This document shows, one piece after another, positions 31,146 to 39,514 of a stretch of 64,000 nucleotides of DNA (within the stretch, counting starts at the first letter, position 1; the number at the start of each line of letters is the position of its first letter). Source of the DNA: an uncultured Acidobacteriota bacterium (GTDB lineage Bacteria; Acidobacteriota; Vicinamibacteria; Vicinamibacterales; 2-12-FULL-66-21). The stretch spans positions 15,128 through 79,127 of the forward strand of contig CAWCQI010000016.1 in NCBI GenBank assembly GCA_963797625.1, in the 5' to 3' direction. A program made the position numbers and the translations under genes. The notes under the pieces were generated by a model. The model was not told where the DNA came from. It saw only the letters and a list, made by a program, of their open reading frames with translations, and did not search any database.

Positions 31146-31206
31146 GAGCTAGAAGCTGGAAGCTAGGAGCTAGACGCTCAGAGCTGGAAGCCGGAAGCCG
31201 GAAGCT
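31144..31206 (+). repeat. Nine tandem heptamers (RGRAGCY) filling the whole pilP-pilQ intercistronic spacer
   Basis: aggagct agaagct ggaagct aggagct agacgct cagagct ggaagcc ggaagcc ggaagct. The array starts inside the pilP TAG and ends 2 nt before the pilQ ATG (31209). There is no inverted partner. Confidence 0.9.
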
Positions 31207-31208
31207 GA

Positions 31209-33679
31209 ATGATTGGAGCCAAGTTCGTGAGACGAAGGCTTATCGCATTGCTGGTCGTGACGGTGCTGGTGGCGGGGTGCTCGGCGGGTCGCGCCTTCCG
31301 CAAAGGGCGCGACGCGGCGCGCGCCGGCGACTGGGACACGGCGGTTCAGCATTTTACCGAGGCGCTGCAGGCGAATCCCGACAGCGCGGAGTACAAGATC
31401 GAGCTCGAGCGGGCGATGCAGAACGCGTCGCGCGATCACATCAGCAAGGCGCGTGATCTCGAAGCGAAGGATCAGCTCGACGCGGCGCTGCTCGAATACA
31501 AGAAGGCCGTCGAGATGGACGCGTCGAATCGACTGGCGGCGACCCGGGCAGCCGAACTCGAGCGGATCATCCGCGACCGGATCGAGAAATCCCGTCCGCG
31601 CCCCGCGATCGAGAAGCTTCGGCAACAGGCGCGGGCGCAGGGCGCGCCCGTGCTCAACCCCGCGGATCGCACGCCCCTCAAGCTCAGTTTCAACAACTCG
31701 AGCGTCCGCGACATCCTCAACTTCATCGGCACGACGACCGGCATCAACATCCAGTTCGACGCGCAATATCAGGACCGGGCGTACACGGTCAATCTGACCG
31801 ACGTCACGCTCGAAGAAGCGCTCCAGCAGATCATGTCGGTCAACGGCCTGTTCTACAAGGTGCTCAACCCGACCACGATCGTCGTGGCGATGGACAACCA
31901 GGCCGGCCACCTGAAGTACGACGAGCTGGTGATGCAGGTGTTCTACCTGTCGCACGCGGATACACAGGAAGTCTCGCAGGCGCTCAACCAGATGATGCGC
32001 ATCCAGGCGCAGGTGGCGCCGGCGATTTACCCGAACAAGACCTCGAACACCATCGCCGTGCGCGCGACGGCGCCAATCGTGGCCGTGGCAGAACGGCTGA
32101 TCCGGTCGCTCGACAAGCCGCGCGCCGAGGTCATCATCGAAGTGCAGATTCTGGAGGTCAATCGTAATCGGGCCAAGTCATACGGCATCAACCTCAGCGA
32201 GTACACGCTCGGGCTGACGTTCTCGCCGGAAGTGGCGCCGCCCAACACGCCGGGCTCGAACCCGCCAACCCCGCCGCCGCCCTTCAACCTGAATACGATT
32301 TCGCAGGGCATCAGTACGTCGGACTTCTATCTGACCGTACCCACGGCCGTACTCAGGTTCCTCGAGACGGACTCCCGGACCAAGCAGCTCGCCAAGCCGC
32401 AGCTGCGTGGCGCCGAGGGCCAGGAACTGACCCTCAACCTCGGCGACCAGATTCCCGTGGTCTCGACCGTGTTCGGCGCGGCCGCAGCCGGTGGCTTCGC
32501 CAACATCCCGCAGTCGTCATTCACGTATCGGGACGTCGGCGTCAACATCACGATGACCCCTCGCGTCACTTACGAAGGGGAGATCATTCTCGACCTCACG
32601 GTCGAGAGCAGCAACCTTGGCCCCAACATCAGCGTTGCGGGACAGGATGTGCCCTCATTCGGATCGCGCCGCGTGAAGACGCGGCTGCGGCTGCGCGAAG
32701 GCGAGTCGAATCTGCTCGCCGGCCTCTTGAAGGACGACCAGCGGAAGATTCTGACAGGCTTTACGGGGCTGATCCGTGTGCCAGGTCTGCGGTCGCTCTT
32801 TGGTTCGACGAGCGACATCATCGAGCAGACCGACATCGTGATGCTGCTGACGCCGCATATCGTCCGGACGCACGAGTTGACGGTCGACGACCTGGCGCCG
32901 ATCTACATCGGCACGCAGCAGAATGTCGGGTTGAGCGGACCGCCGCCGCTGATTCAGCCGCCGGCCGCCGACGATGCCGGCAGCCGCGCAGATGCCTGCG
33001 CCACCGGCGCCGATCACGACACCGGTGCCACAGTTCCTGCCGCCGCCATCGGGCACACCGGTGCCAGCCACGGGCGTGCCCACCGCCAACACCGGCCGCG
33101 CCACCGACGACGCCCGTCACGCCCCCAGCAGGCGTGTCGCCGGCGCCGGCTGGTGTGCCGCCGGTGACGACGCTGCCGCCTGCTGCCGCGCCGGTCACAC
33201 CTGCGACCGTGCCTCCGCGCGATCCGACTGCGGCGCCGCCAGCGACGCCGCCCATCCCGGCAGCCTCGATTGCGCAGATCACCATCACGGCGCCACAGGA
33301 GTTCCGGACTGCCGGGGGGCCGTACACCGTCCCGCTCGCCGTCTCGAACGCGTCGCGGTTGTCGATGATCACGTTGACGGTGACGTTCAACCCCGCCGTG
33401 CTGCGCGTCAGGAACGTCCAGGAAGGGACGTTCATGCGGCAGGGCGGCGTGACGGCGAATTTCACGCCGCGAATCGACGTCGCGACCGGACGCGTGGACA
33501 TTGCCGTGGCGCGCAGCGGCGATCAGGCAGGTGCGTCCGGGTCAGGACTGCTGGCCGCGCTCCTCTTCGACGCCGTCGGCCCTGGCAATTCGCTGATTCA
33601 AGTGAGCGGCGTCGCCAGCAACCCCGAGGGCGGCGCGCTGCCACTTCAGTTCTCGCCGGTATCGGTGACGGTGAGGTGA
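31209..33679 (+). CDS. pilQ: Lipidated TPR-secretin (PilQ/GspD family), apparently continuous with a C-terminal cohesin domain; two frame breaks in the Pro-rich linker (near 32970 and 33100)
   Basis: ORF 31209..33167 has the lipobox LVAGC, a TPR segment, N0/N1-like domains and the secretin core. ORF 32974.. supplies the linker PAAAQMPAPPAPITTPVPQFLPPPSGTPVPATGVPTANTG. ORF 33134..33679 supplies a PT-rich linker plus a cohesin-like beta domain (ITITAPQEFRTAGGPYTVPLAVSNASRLSMITLTVTFNPAVLRVRNVQEG). Confidence 0.75.
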
Positions 33680-33683
33680 GGCC

Positions 33684-34166
33684 GTGAGACGTCGAGCGTT
33701 TCGGGAGGCGAGCGGGTTTACCTTCATCGAGCTGCTCATCGTCTCGACGATCCTGATCATCCTCGCCTCGGCGGTGATGCCGCTCGCCAAGGTCACGAAC
33801 CAGCGGCAGAAAGAAGCCGAGCTGCGGCGCTCGTTGCGCGAGATGCGGACCGCGATCGACAAGTTCAAGGACGCGGTCGATATGGGCCTCATCCCCGCGA
33901 CCGAAATCCGCACCGGCAGCGAGGGATATCCTCCGAGCCTCGAGACGCTCGTCGAGGGCGTGACGGTCGCCAACGACGCTTCGGGCCGGAAGCTCAAGTT
34001 TCTTCGGCGGATTCCGATCGACCCCCTGACGAACTCGACCGAGTGGGGTTTGCGCGCGTATCAGGATCGTCCCGATGCCATGTCGTGGGGTGGCCAGAAC
34101 GTTTACGACGTCCACACGAAGTCAACGGGCACTGCGCTCGACGGCACGAAATATCGGGACTGGTAG
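33684..34166 (+). CDS. GspG-like pseudopilin / type IV pilin (prepilin-type N-terminal methylation motif)
   Basis: 160 aa with the GFTFIELLIVSTILIILA class III signal and a GspG-like C-terminus (GTALDGTKYRDW). Confidence 0.85.
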   Translation: MRRRAFREASGFTFIELLIVSTILIILASAVMPLAKVTNQRQKEAELRRSLREMRTAIDKFKDAVDMGLIPATEIRTGSEGYPPSLETLVEGVTVANDASGRKLKFLRRIPIDPLTNSTEWGLRAYQDRPDAMSWGGQNVYDVHTKSTGTALDGTKYRDW

Positions 34167-34181
34167 CCGTCTTGGTGTAGC

Positions 34182-34223
34182 GTCCGGCTTTAGCCGGACT
34201 TGATGGTCTGCCTGAAGGCGGAC
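34182..34223. repeat. Two tandem small REP-like hairpins between the two pseudopilin genes
   Basis: gtccggc-ttta-gccggac (34182-34199) and gtctgcc-tgaa-ggcggac (34206-34223). Both follow the pattern GTC-N-G-S-C / loop / mirror. Confidence 0.7.
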
Positions 34224-34240
34224 ACACGCGTTAAGGACAG

Positions 34241-34654
34241 ATGAAGGAAAGCGCCATGTCGAAAGCCTCCGACTCAGCGGGCTTCACGCTCATCGAGCTC
34301 CTGATCGTGCTTGCCCTGATTTCCATCCTGGCGGCGATGGGAGTGGTGCAGTACAAGAACGGCGTGGTGCACACGCAGGAAAGCGTGCTGCGCACGGACC
34401 TCTTTCGCATGCGGGACGCCATCGACCAGTACTATGCCGACAAGAACAAGTATCCCGCCTCGCTCGACACGCTCGTGAGCGACGGATACATGCGGAAGAT
34501 CCCTGAAGATCCGATCACGCATTCGGCGGATACCTGGCAAACCGTCGCGGCTGAGCCCGACCCGAGCAATCCGGCGGCGGAGCCAGGGATCTACGACGTC
34601 AAAAGCGGCGCCCCGGGCACGGCCCTGGACGGATCAACGTATGCCGACTGGTAA
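34241..34654 (+). CDS. GspG-like pseudopilin / type IV pilin
   Basis: 137 aa with GFTLIELLIVLALISILAA and the C-terminal GTALDGSTYADW. AAGGA RBS. Confidence 0.85.
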   Translation: MKESAMSKASDSAGFTLIELLIVLALISILAAMGVVQYKNGVVHTQESVLRTDLFRMRDAIDQYYADKNKYPASLDTLVSDGYMRKIPEDPITHSADTWQTVAAEPDPSNPAAEPGIYDVKSGAPGTALDGSTYADW

Positions 34655-35505
34655 GGTGACTGATTTCGTGCAGGCGACAGCGCCGCTAGCGGCCGGGTCC
34701 GCGGCCTCGAGGGGTTACGCCGCGGCCAGCCGCTGGAGGCTGCGGTCGGCGGCTGGAATCCGCCGCGCGCGCCACCACCGCCAGGGCCACCGCCCTGACC
34801 GGCACCGCCGCCCTGGCCGAAGCCACGCCGGCCCGTGTTGCCACGCTGAGGAAAGCCGCCTGGCCCCATTGGGTTGTTGGGGTCGCCTCCACGGCCGTCG
34901 GGGGAGTTTGCCATCGGCATCGCACCGCCCGGACGCGGCGCGACGTTGAACGTGAACAGCCACTGGTCGTATCGCGTCGCGCCCCGGTACGAACGGATCG
35001 ACGTCTCCTCGCTCTTGCTGCGAACGCCCGAAATGCCGCTTGCCACAGCGCCCGCGCCGGTTGGTTGCAGTGGCGTGTTACTTCGGCCGGATGGCTGAGT
35101 GGGGTTCGGCGGCGTGAGGCCGCGTTGACCAGCGCCGGGTTGCGCGGGGCCGGGTTGAGGCTGGCCGCCTGGTATGCCGGGCTGCTGGGAGCCGAAGCTA
35201 AGCGGCACGAACTCGCCGTCCTTCGTCATCGGGTCCTTGTATTTCTTGCGCAGGAACCGGTTCTCGACCAGAAAGTCGATGCTTGGTGGAAGCGCGTTCG
35301 GGACGTTCTGGTTCTTGAACTTGAAAAGGGCTATGGCTCTCGCGTACTGCTCGCCGCGAAACACGAGCTCGGCTTCCTTTTCGCGCTGCGCCTCGTGGCG
35401 CCAGACCGGCATCAGGATCGTCAGCAGGATTCCCATGATCGCGAGCGTGACCAAGAGGGCCGCCATCGCGTATCCGCGCTCGTCGCCTTGACCGCGTAAA
35501 CCCAT
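34591..35505 (-). CDS. Pilin-like membrane protein with a non-canonical N-terminus and a Gly/Pro/Gln-rich tail
   Basis: 304-aa ORF. G-YAMAALLVTLAIMGILLTILMP hydrophobic helix (no Glu at +5), a conserved-looking region EAELVFRGEQYARAIALFKFKNQN, then low complexity. The 3' end overlaps the convergent pseudopilin gene by 64 nt. An alternative frame would stop at 34686, so the true C-terminus is uncertain. Confidence 0.55.
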   Translation of the reverse strand: MGLRGQGDERGYAMAALLVTLAIMGILLTILMPVWRHEAQREKEAELVFRGEQYARAIALFKFKNQNVPNALPPSIDFLVENRFLRKKYKDPMTKDGEFVPLSFGSQQPGIPGGQPQPGPAQPGAGQRGLTPPNPTQPSGRSNTPLQPTGAGAVASGISGVRSKSEETSIRSYRGATRYDQWLFTFNVAPRPGGAMPMANSPDGRGGDPNNPMGPGGFPQRGNTGRRGFGQGGGAGQGGGPGGGGARGGFQPPTAASSGWPRRNPSRPRTRPLAALSPARNQSPYQSAYVDPSRAVPGAPLLTS

Positions 35506-35530
35506 GCAATTACTATCCTTAGTGGCTTCT

Positions 35531-36863
35531 ATGCTAGCACAACCCAGATTCGCGAGGGGTCGACGTCGTCGCCCTGCCGCTTGCCGCCGCGCTCATGTTC
35601 ACTTCGGCGTGTGACAAGGTCCCGCTCCTCGCGCCGGGCGGGACCGTCATCTCGATCTTTGCCACGGCGAACACCGTGCCCGTGAACGGCGAGATCGAGA
35701 TCGTGGCCACGGCGATCGAAAACGGCACGACTTCGACGCCGACAACGCCGACGACCCCAACCACGCCGGGAACCCCGACCACGCCAACGACGCCCACGAC
35801 GCCGACCTCGACGTCGACCTCCGGCGCTGGAACACCGGTGCAGAACGGAACGGTCATCACCTTTACGACGACGCTCGGGCGGATTGAGCCGGTTGACGCG
35901 CGCACCAACAACGGCCAGGTCCGCGTGCGGTTCATTTCTTCGGGCCAGAGTGGCGTTGCGACGATCACGGCGTTCTCCGGAGGCGCGTCAGCCAAGCTCG
36001 AGAATCTCCGCGTCGGTACAGCCGCGGCCGAGCGCGTGCTGCTGAGCGCGACGCCAGCGGTGCTACCGCCGTCGGGTGGCACGACCGAAATCGCCGCGCG
36101 GGTTGAAGACACCACCGGCGCCGGGCTGCCAGGCGTTCCGGTCACGTTTACAGCAGATCAAGGGTCTCTCGGTGCCGGGACCGTCCTGACCGATTCGAAC
36201 GGCGTCGCCAAGACGAGTCTCCAGGCGACGCGCACGACAATCGTCACTGCGAATGTTGCGGGCAAGACCGCGACCGTCACGGTCAATCTCAACGCGCGGA
36301 CCGGCGTGAGCATCACCGGGCCGACGACACCGATTTCTGCCGGAACACCTGTGACCTTCACCATCGGGGTCGGAGCGGCACCGGCAATTATTCGAGACGT
36401 CACGGTCGACTTTGGCGACGGCGCGCGAAGCTCGCTCGGATCGCTCAGCGCGTCGACGCCGGTCCAGCACGTCTACCTGGCGGAGGGCACCTATAGGGCG
36501 TCCGCGACCGCAACCGACTCGAGCGGCTTCACCGAAACCGTCGCGACGTTTGTCACGATCCTGCCGCAGCAGCCGCCGAGCGTAATCATCCAGGCCGCAC
36601 CGACCAACCCGGTGCCTGGACAGACGGTTATCTTCACGGCGGTCGTGTCAGGCGCGACCTCCACGATTCTCCGCTACGAGTGGCTCTTCGAGGGCGGAAC
36701 GCCCGCATCGGCTACGACGACCGGCAACCGCCAGACCGCCACGTTCACTGGCACCGGCACGAGAGTCATTCAGGTGAGGGTCATCCAGTCGCAGGGTCCG
36801 TCGGGTGATGGCACGACGGTCATCACTCTGCAGTCCGGTGGCGGCGGCGGAGGAGTCCGCTAA
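35531..36863 (+). CDS. Surface lipoprotein with Thr/Pro linker, Big-like and PKD-like Ig domains; apparent frame break in the signal peptide (near 35568)
   Basis: ATG 35531 gives MLAQPRFARGRRRR. The next frame gives ALPLAAALMFTSAC (lipobox) and is continuous with ORF 35595..36863. The ORF contains TSTPTTPTTPTTPGTPTTPTTPTTPTST, Ig-like repeats (VTFTADQGSLG..TDSNGVAKT) and a PKD-like FGDG..H.Y...G.Y segment. Confidence 0.7.
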
Positions 36864-36879
36864 GTCACCGGTCCACTGT

Positions 36880-36936
36880 GGGGTCAGATCTCGATTTTCT
36901 CCCTCCCTGCCGGGGAGAAAATCGAGATCTGACCCC
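36880..36936. terminator. Bidirectional terminator hairpin (24-bp perfect stem, 9-nt loop) between convergent genes
   Basis: ggggtcagatctcgattttctccc / tccctgccg / gggagaaaatcgagatctgacccc, followed by ggtttgtttg. Confidence 0.8.
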
Positions 36937-36949
36937 GGTTTGTTTGCGC

Positions 36950-38046
36950 TTACAACTCGGCGATGATCGCGTCGTGGAGCTGCGGCCGCAGCCGCCGGAT
37001 CGCCTCGTTCGCCCGAGAGGGGTGCACGCGGTTGGTCAGGAACACGACGTAGAGGTCGCGTTCCCAGTCGATCCACAGCGACGTGCCGGTGAAGCCGGTA
37101 TGACCGATCGACGTCGGGGAAAAGTGCGAGCCGCAGGACGAGGTGGGTAGCATCGTGTCCCACCCCAGCGCTCGTGAGCTGCCAGGCACGTCGGTCCGTG
37201 TGATGAACAGGCGCATCGTCTCCGGGCTGGCGAGGATCGGCTCGCCGCCGATCGTCCGCAGCGTCGCTCGAGCGAATGCGCCCACCGCCGCCGACGTACC
37301 GAACAGTCCCGCATGTCCGGCCGCGCCGCCAAGCGCCCAGGTGTTCTCGTCGTGCACTTCGCCAACCAGCACGCGTCCCCGCCACTCGTCGAGCTCGGTC
37401 GGGGCCGTGCGGCTCCGCCAACTGCGCGGCGGGTTGAACCGAAGCGGCTCCGCCGTGAAGAAGGATGCCAGCCGGTGAAACTGCGTCGCGAGCCGTCGCG
37501 ACGGATCGAGCGCCGCTCGGAGCACCATTGAACGCCGGCCCTGATGGCTGCGCGTCTTCGAGGATGAACCCGAGCAGCATGAACCCGAGATCGCTGTAGA
37601 TAGATTGTGACCGCGGCGGATACTCGAGCGGCAATGAGCAGATGGCGTGCTCGAACTCGGCGCGTCCAGTGTAGTCGCGGAAGAATGGCAAGTAGGCGGT
37701 CAGGCCTGACGCATGCGCCAGCAGGTCACGGATCGTGACGTCAGCGCGGTCCGCGCCCCTTCCAGTCGCGGAGCCACTGGCTGACAGGATCGTCCAGGCG
37801 CAACCGGGCATCGTCGACGGCGCGCATCACCAGCGTCGTCGTTGCGATCACCTTGGTGAGCGACGCCAGGTCAAAGATGGTTTCGCGATCGACCGGCTGA
37901 GACGCGTTGTCGTAGGTCAGCCGTCCGGTGGCGTCGCGCCAGATCGCCTCGTCGGCGCGCCCGACTTCCACGGCTGCGGCTGGGAACGCGCCCGCGCCGA
38001 TTGCCTCGCGCAGCAGCGCCGCAGCCGCCGGGAAACGTTCAGGCAT
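36950..38046 (-). CDS. Serine hydrolase of the beta-lactamase / PBP4-like family, two frame breaks (near 37780 and 37540)
   Basis: SxxK motif ASLTK in ORF 37741..38046. Middle segment (DLLAHASGLTAYLPFF, YSDLGFMLLGFILE) in ORF 36648..37811. C-terminal segment (HAGLFGT, HTGFTGTSLWID) in ORF 36950..37528. Confidence 0.8.
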
Positions 38047-38058
38047 ACGGCTTCGAGG

Positions 38059-39498
38059 TCAGGGGGGCCGAGACCGGGTCCTGAATGAACGAGTGATGCG
38101 GCGAGGGCCACGAGGGAAGTCACCGACGAGCCGATGAACGCGTACCACGTCCAAGCGGTCGCGCCAGTCGCACCAGACCCACGCCAGCACGGCGACGCCG
38201 GCGATCATCCCGGTCATCATCGCTCGCGTGCCGACTCGCACGGTCAGGACACCGACCAGAAACGCGCCGAGGACCGGGCCAGCCGCGAGCGACAATACCG
38301 CGAGGCCGGTGTCGAGCACCGATCGAATCCACTGCGCGCCGATGGCGACAGCGATCTGCGCCACGCCCCAGAAGATCGTCGCCGCCTTCGACACCCGCAT
38401 CTGCGTCGCCTGGTCGGCGTCTGGCCGCACATACTTCAGATAGAAGTCGTTGACGGTCGTCGCGGCGAGCGCGTTGATTGACGGCGACAGCGCAGCCGCC
38501 ACAATCGCGGCGACGATGAAGCCTGCGGCGCCGTGGGAGAGCGATGTGACGACGAAGAGCGGAAGCACCTCGTCGTTGGTCGCGAGCGGACGGGGGAGCG
38601 GCGTTTGCTGATAAAACGTGTAGAGCGCGATACCGATGATCAGGAAGAGCGTGAACTGTGCAAAGACGATGAACCCACTCAGGATGAGCCCGGTTGCCGC
38701 GCTCTTCGCGGATTTCGCGGAGAGCAGCCGCTGCACCAGGTACTGATCGGTGCCGTGCGTCGCGAGCGTCAGGGCGATGCCGCCGAACAGACCTGCCCAC
38801 AGCGTATAGACGCGCCGCGGATCGAGCGTCAAATCCAGGACGCGAAACTTGGCGGCCGCCTCGCCGGCGGCAACGACAGCCGGCCATCCGCCGTCAATCT
38901 GTTGCAGCAGTGACGCCAGCACGACCAGGGCGCCAGCCACGTAGATGAACATCTGCACGACATCAGTCCAGATGACCGCCGAGACGCCGCCTCGCGTGGT
39001 GTAGACGATCATCGCCACGCCGATGATCACTATCGCCAGCGTGACCGGCACCTGCGTGACGACGGTGATGACGAGGGCCGTGGCGAAGAGACGAACGCCG
39101 TCAGCGAGCGTTCGGGTTATGACAAAGATTACGGCTGCAACGTTCTTGACGCCCGGGCCAAAACGCCGCTGGAGCAGTTCATACGACGTGAACAGGTCGC
39201 CACGGAAGTAGGCGGGGATGAACAGCAGGCTGACGAGCAGGCGCCCGATGACGTAGCCGATCGCGAGCTGGAGGAACGTCATGTTGCCGGCAAATGCCTG
39301 CGCGGGCACGCCGATGAAACTGAGCGTGCTCGTCTCGGTCGCGACGATCGTGAAGCAGATGGCCCACCACGGTACGGACCGGTCGTTCAGAAAGTAGTTC
39401 CGGGTGGTTTTCTGAAACCGGGCGAACCACGAACCGAAGATGGTGATGGCGACCAGATACCCGGCGATGACCGTGTAGTCGAGCCAGGTCAGCGTCAT
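38059..39498 (-). CDS. Sodium:solute symporter (SSF) family transporter; the last ~35 codons look out of frame
   Basis: ATG 39498 (MTLTWLDYTVIAGYLV). Multiple TM segments typical of the SSF family. The last TM helix (AWTWYAFIGSSVTSLVALAASL) is readable only in another frame (ORF 37917..38123). A C6 run at 38062-38068 would bring it back to the same TGA. Confidence 0.8.
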   Translation of the reverse strand: MTLTWLDYTVIAGYLVAITIFGSWFARFQKTTRNYFLNDRSVPWWAICFTIVATETSTLSFIGVPAQAFAGNMTFLQLAIGYVIGRLLVSLLFIPAYFRGDLFTSYELLQRRFGPGVKNVAAVIFVITRTLADGVRLFATALVITVVTQVPVTLAIVIIGVAMIVYTTRGGVSAVIWTDVVQMFIYVAGALVVLASLLQQIDGGWPAVVAAGEAAAKFRVLDLTLDPRRVYTLWAGLFGGIALTLATHGTDQYLVQRLLSAKSAKSAATGLILSGFIVFAQFTLFLIIGIALYTFYQQTPLPRPLATNDEVLPLFVVTSLSHGAAGFIVAAIVAAALSPSINALAATTVNDFYLKYVRPDADQATQMRVSKAATIFWGVAQIAVAIGAQWIRSVLDTGLAVLSLAAGPVLGAFLVGVLTVRVGTRAMMTGMIAGVAVLAWVWCDWRDRLDVVRVHRLVGDFPRGPRRITRSFRTRSRPP

Positions 39499-39514
39499 GG
39501 GCCGTCGGCGGCCG

